DNA of 53,470 nt, the filler included, from Sphacelaria rigidula (taxonomy: Eukaryota), in NCBI GenBank assembly GCA_964200075.2. It is 4 parts of 4 records of this genome, joined end to end, with 100 filler letters (N's around TTAATTAATTAA, not from the genome) between each part and the next. Parts side by side here need not be neighbours in the genome. Positions count along the whole stretch, not along the records: positions 40,180 to 53,470 come from CAXNAA020002987.1; 3 more parts are not named here. One strand, 5' to 3'. Position numbers and translations under genes: made by a program. Below are positions 47,807-53,470 of this stretch, piece by piece. Numbering within the stretch: the stretch's first letter is position 1; each line of letters begins with the position of its first letter. Under the pieces are notes generated by a model. That model searched no databases. It worked only from the letters and a program-made list of their open reading frames with translations, and had not been told where the DNA came from.

Positions 47807-49729
47807 CTCTTGAAAAAAAACACGCACACATTTACACACACGTTCTCTAGTTAACGGTTGGAGGTAGACCACTTACGTTGTGCACTAAAATAGTGTTCGA
47901 TTGAAGAAAATCAGGCCCGCCGAACGCCGAACGTCGATCTTTGAACGTGAACAAAGAAACAAGCTTACACCGATCATAAGTGAAGAAAATTGAGCGTAAG
48001 CATGGGCATATCGATGGAAAATTGGTATATACTGCGCGCATACCTACCAATTTTGAGCTCTGCCAACCCGAAAAGATGAGCAAATGCACTAGTAGCACAG
48101 CAACGTGTCGTAGTCACAGGTCCAGTAGCGCAAGCAGCTGAGGGCGCGGCGTGCATTGAAACGGTGGATACCGCCGATGCGCATTTTTTTTTACTCTGTT
48201 TGATAACAGCACAGGACTACAGTATCAATCGGGCACACAAGCATCACCAAATTCTGGAAGCCTCATCATGATCCTTCGTCCGGTTTTCGACGAAAGACTT
48301 ATCGAGACACAGCGAAGAATCATCGTTTAGACTCCCTTATATCTATGAGAGTGTGGGGCTGAATGTTGCCGCTCCATATCGCTTGACCGGTGTAGGTTAA
48401 GCTCTTGTCGTGCGCATAGTGCGATTTGGCAAGGACTCTTGCCGGCGTTCCTGGCAAGGGGGCAACGTCCCGCTGCAGACAATACCACAACTTGGGGTCA
48501 GGGAGAGGTGATAGTCTGGTAGCCCCAGGGGTGGGTCGTCTGGTATTCTCCTCCAGATAACAACTGAGAGCACGACCCTGGAGCGTCTGTACGATGTTTT
48601 TATCTTGATTGCCCCACTTCCACCCCACCGAGGCCTTGCGGAGTGTCTGATGATGTCAGCACGTCGCATTATATGTGCAAAAGTTCAAGTCTGCGTGTAT
48701 GCAAAATAATCAGCTGTTTTCCATGTACAGCCATTCAGTTGTGTAGCTTCGCCGAAGGTACAGGCAGTACTTCAAACGAACGAGGCGGCCTTTCAGTTCT
48801 GCGTGCGCCACCTAGGGCGAACGCACACTTGACGGAAGCCCCACGCTCATCTGTGTGCAATTCACGGGGGAGTCGTGACGCCAAAAAGGTGATGTGACAA
48901 CTGGACCGGACAGAGCCCTTGGCCAAGGCGTCAATATTGTCGATGATGCGCAGTCTTTACACACACTCAGCAAATAGTACTGCATTCTATTAGTGCGCAC
49001 AGACAGGATAGGGATCGCATGTTCGAGAACACGGTGCCAACGTCCTCCTGTACTCCTGGTCAGAGCCAAGGTTTCACTTGCAACGGCTTGCGATATGCGC
49101 AGGGATGTTCCTCCTCCGCGATGCTGCCTTCTCCACGTTACTGGCACGCCTGTTGAGCCAGCTCTCCGTGCTGATTATGATCACCCCTCTTGCCACGATG
49201 ACTTCTGATCTCCCTCTGCAATCGACACTGCGGAGCATGATTGTTACGACTGGAACGTAAAATTTGAAATACGTCATTTATTCTAAAGCCTACATATATT
49301 CGGAATGGAAGAACACTGGCCTCGAGCACAGAATCGAAAGCCAGCTTGGACGTTACTTGGCACACGCACATATTTCCCGAGATACGCCGTAGCGGGGTGT
49401 GCATCCTGCTGATACTTTGTGCCTGCTGACACACGACTGGCCTTCGCACGCCCTTCCTTTGACGCCGTCTCCTCCATATACCAGTCGTTGGCTAGAGCTA
49501 CCTTGTCCCGCCGTAAAGCTGCCTCTGGTTTGCAGTGGCCACAGCCAGTCGGCCGAGTCGTGCATCTCCGCGAAGCCCGTACTGTGTTGCTTCCTATTGC
49601 TTTCGATGCGACGACCGACATGTGGCTTTCCCTCCCTTCGTTATCACGCGGCGGAGGAAGCGTTCACGATTCCGCGGTACTCTGTGTCGTCCCAGGATGC
49701 ACTAATCGTTCATGAGAGGTGTGGTGGTG

Positions 49730-52070
49730 GAGGGCAACCGGGTCGCCGCGGGAGTTGCGTTTTCGCGGGGCCAAGATATCTTGCGTTCTTTGCATGGGCT
49801 CCAGTTGCTGCTGTTGTTTGCCGGCCGACCTAGTAAGATATCCATACCGCGGTGCGTCCCCGGTTGTTGCAGTCAGATCTGCTGGTCTCATCCTTATAAT
49901 TAACCATAACTTGCGGCCAAGCGGCGTGCGCGTCACTCATCGACGTCGCTGAAGCAGCCGGCAGCGGAGCTGTACCCCGCGGGCAGTGGGGTGATTTCGA
50001 TGCCGAAATAGTCCCTGAGGTGACGAAAGCACATGTCGTGCGAGATCTCGTCAGCGAAGGTACCACGCCGTACCTTCTTTTCTACGAACGTAGAGCAGAA
50101 GGTACGGCGTGGTGTCTTCGCTGGCGGGGTCTCCCATGACGTGTGCTTTCGTCACCTCAGATTGCGCCGTCGAAATCACCCCACTACCCGCGGTCTACAG
50201 CTCCGCTGCGGGCTGCTTGGGTGACATAAATGGTTGATTTTGTCGTGCCTCACGTGAGGTTGGGAACGGATAAATTGTGTACAATCAACAGTCATCTGGG
50301 GTCACCCCTTGAGTTGCGTTATCGTGGGGCCAAGATGTCCTGTTATCTCCGCATGGGCTCCAGTTGCTGCTGGCGTTTGCCGGCCGACCGGGTAAGATAT
50401 CTACACTGCAGTGCGTCCCCGTGCGGCTGTCGCAGACAGATCTGCGGGTCCCATCTTGGCAATTACTCACATCTTGCGGCCAAGCGGCGTGCTCGTCGTT
50501 CATCACTATCGCTGAAGCAGCCGGTAGGGGAGATGTACGCCGCGGGCAGTGGGATGATTTCGATGCCGCAATCGTGTCTAAGGTGACGAAAGCACGCGTC
50601 ATGTGAGACGCCGCCGGCGGAGGCACCACGCCGTACTTTCTATTTTACGAGCGTACATAGATGCACACTGACGGTAGGCTGGAGATCAGGGTCGACCGTG
50701 ACCTCCAGCCTACCGTTAGTGTGCATCTATACACGCTCGCAAAGCAGAAGGTACGATGTGGTGCCTCCGCTGGCGGGGTCTCCCATGACGTGTGCTTTTC
50801 GTCACTTCAGACACGACTGCGTCATCGAAATTACGCCACCGCCAGCGGCGTACAGCTCCGCTGCGGGCTGCTTGGGTGACATCGATGATCTGTTTTGTCG
50901 TGCTTCACGGGAGGTGCAGGACGAATAGTTTGTACCATCAAGAGTCATCTCGGGTGACCCCGTGAGTTGCGTTATCGTGGGGCCAAGATGTCCTGTTATC
51001 TCCGCATGGGCTCCAGTTGCTGCTGGCGTTTGCCGGCCGACCGGGTAAGATATCTACACTGCGATGCGTCCCCGTGCGGCTGTCGCAATTAGATTTGCCG
51101 GTCTCATCTTCGCAATCACCCACATCTTGCGGCCAAGCGGCATGCTCGTCATTCATTACTATCGCTGAAGCAGTCGGTAGCGGAGCTGTACGCCGCGGGC
51201 AGTGGGATGATTTCGATGCCGCAATCGTGTCTAAGGTGACGAAAGCACGCGTCATGTGAGACACCGCCGGCGGAGGCACCACGCCGTACTTTCTATTTCA
51301 CGAGCGCGTATAGATGCACACTAACGGTGGGCTAAAGGTCAGGGTTGGTGACGCAGTCGTCTCTGAGGTGACGGAAGCAATGTCATGGGAGACCCCGCTA
51401 GCTAAGGCACCACGCCGTACCTTCTATTTTGCGAGCGTGTATAGGTGCACACTAACGGTAGGCTAGATGTCGGGGCTGGCCTCCCTCCAACCCTGGCCTC
51501 CAGCTTACCGTTAGTGTGCACCTATACACGCTCGTAGAGCAGAAGGTACGGCGTGGTGCCTCCGCTGGCGGGGTCTCCCATGACAGCCCTGATCTCCAGC
51601 CTACCGTTAGTTTGTACCTATACACGCTCGTAGAGCAAAAGGTACGGCAGGTGCCTGCGCTGGCGGGGTCTCCCATGACGCGCGCTTTCGTCTCCTCAGA
51701 CACGTTTGCGCCGTCGAAATCATGCCACTACCCGTGGTGTACAGCTCCGCTGCGGGCTACTTGGTTGACATGAATGGTTTGTTGTGCCTCAAGGGTTTGT
51801 CGTGCCTCATGGGAGGTTGGGAACGGATAAGTTGTGTACCATCAACAGTCATCTTGGGTCACCCCTTGAGTTGCGTTCTCGTGGGGCCAAGATGTCCTGT
51901 TATCTTCTCATGGGCTGCTGTTGTTTGCCGGCCGACCGTGTAAGATATTTATACTGCGGTGCGTTCCCGTGCGGCTGTCGCTGTCAGATCTGCGGGTCTC
52001 ATCTTGGCAATTACTCACATCTTGCGGCCACGCGGCGTGCTCGTCATTCATCACTATCGCTGAAGCAGCC
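49730..52070. repeat. Complex tandem/inverted array of decayed USP (peptidase C19)-like C-terminal gene fragments
   Basis: Unit marker GGGGCCAAGAT at ~49767, 50326, 50979 and 51883. The + frame from 49981 reads GQWGDFDAEIVPEVTKAHVVRDLVSEGTTPYLLFYER. The 3' part of each unit is mirrored as an inverted copy. Confidence 0.7.
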
Positions 52071-53326
52071 CCCAGTGTACCTGTAGCCTATGCAGGGTGG
52101 TAGGGATACTGGCAAACAATGGGAGCATTGCACACCATGCTGACTGTTTGTGGAACTCATGAGCGTGCAAGAGAACTTCTTTGCGCACCCCAACAGTTCA
52201 GTTCGAAACGATAAAAACTCGAGTCATTTGCTGAGAGGGAGGGTCTCCTGTTCCCTCTTTTTTGGGGGGGAAGAGGGAGGGTGCTTTCGGGAGCCACTGG
52301 AATGTAAAGTAAGTTGACTGCTTTTCAAGTTTTTTTCCGTTTCATATCCGAATAATGCTACCGATCATCGTACACTTGCATCGGTCACTTGGCAACAACC
52401 TGCCGTCTACGTATCAACCGTGGGTAAATTGTCGCCGAACTGGGACAAACCCACCTCTCTCATCGAGACCAAAAAATGATAATGAAACTGTGACAATGAG
52501 AATGATCATGACGAACAGCCCACGCCTGGCGACCATGATACGTTCCCTTTTGCATTCTTGGTCCTCCGTTCTCATGAAGAATCCTGCGTAGTGATCTTGC
52601 ACCAGACTGGCGTAGAAGAGCCTTGATTTTTGTGTGTTTGATGTCGATGGTCGTGTCTGCTGTCGGTTCAACGAAATCTTCGAAATCTTGCGTCGCCCCT
52701 TTTACGCACAGGTTGCACCGATTACAGATATTATGGCGAGGGCAATCACCTCAACTCGGCAGCTCAGGACGGCAGTGAGGTGGGCACGTGCTACTACTGC
52801 AGTCTGAGTTGTAGCATACCACGTATCCATTTGCTCTATTTCTTTGCCTTCCTGGTCGTTTTTTTTTTTTGTTGCCTTCGTCGTTGCCTTTTTATTGTTT
52901 CTGTTTCGTTCGGCTTGGTTTTTGTTTCTCAGTTCACCCCTTTTGTTTGTTCTGTCAATTTCTTCTCGTCTCCACCTTTCTTTTCCTTGAGCGAGCGTTT
53001 CTGCTTTGTTTACGTTGGGTACATCTAGCGACCACGGCTGAGTCTCTCGGGAATCCGTTACTGTGGGATGACCAATCAAGTCAGACCAAATTAAATTAAC
53101 CGAATCATTATGAATCTTTTGTTACGCTTACGCGGTATGACCACATAGATGTCGCTCCACCATATCTATCTTGTCACTCTGCATGTATTACGAATAAGCT
53201 AGGACGATTCGTCAAACTGCTACACTGGATGCTGCTGCACACCACGATCGAGGTTCCACCTCGGTAAGGACACACCAACGCACAGTACTGTACGGCGTGA
53301 GCTACTGTTCTATACAATACTGTTGT

Positions 53327-53470
53327 TGGGGAAATGGACAAAAAAGGGTACACCCTGGTGCTTTCGAAACGAAAAAGGGTAAGGCATTATTCGCTTTGGG
53401 GCGCGGCGCTGCACGCGGGCTGAACACCTCGAAAAGACGTTCCAGCGCCTCAGCCCCACGCCCGAGGTAT
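53327..53470 (+). mobile_element. Start of another copy of the foldback element arm
   Basis: ACAAAAAAGGGTACACCCTGG...GCGCGGCGCTGCACGC matches 8125-8250. Confidence 0.75.

Overview
This is eukaryotic, repeat-dense DNA, most likely from a brown alga (Phaeophyceae). That assignment is an inference from the short-exon, intron-rich gene style, a stramenopile-type bipartite plastid presequence and the repeat content. The window is not one locus. It is four near-equal contigs (1-13295, 13396-26687, 26788-40079, 40180-53470; 13295/13292/13292/13291 bp) joined by 100-nt N spacers containing TTAATTAATTAA, so no linkage should be read across them. Gene content is sparse: a 5'-partial, minus-strand, multi-exon WD40-repeat gene (13-14 exons, three predicted GC-AG introns) and the first exon of a probable plastid-targeted protein. 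The rest is mostly mobile DNA: two tRNA-derived SINE families, Helitron-like 3' ends, MITE families with TA, TTAA, TCA and 8-bp target duplications, a 2.2-kb foldback element, and decayed Gypsy, LINE and possibly IS630/Tc1 coding remnants. Two structures are the most unusual. One is a 2.3-kb array of amplified fragments resembling a USP deubiquitinase C-terminus, arranged as long hairpins (49730-52070). The other is a 305-bp TG..CA 'dumbbell' element (17882-18186). Nearly all ORFs in the supplied track are spurious. All family assignments come from reading motifs by eye; no database search was run.
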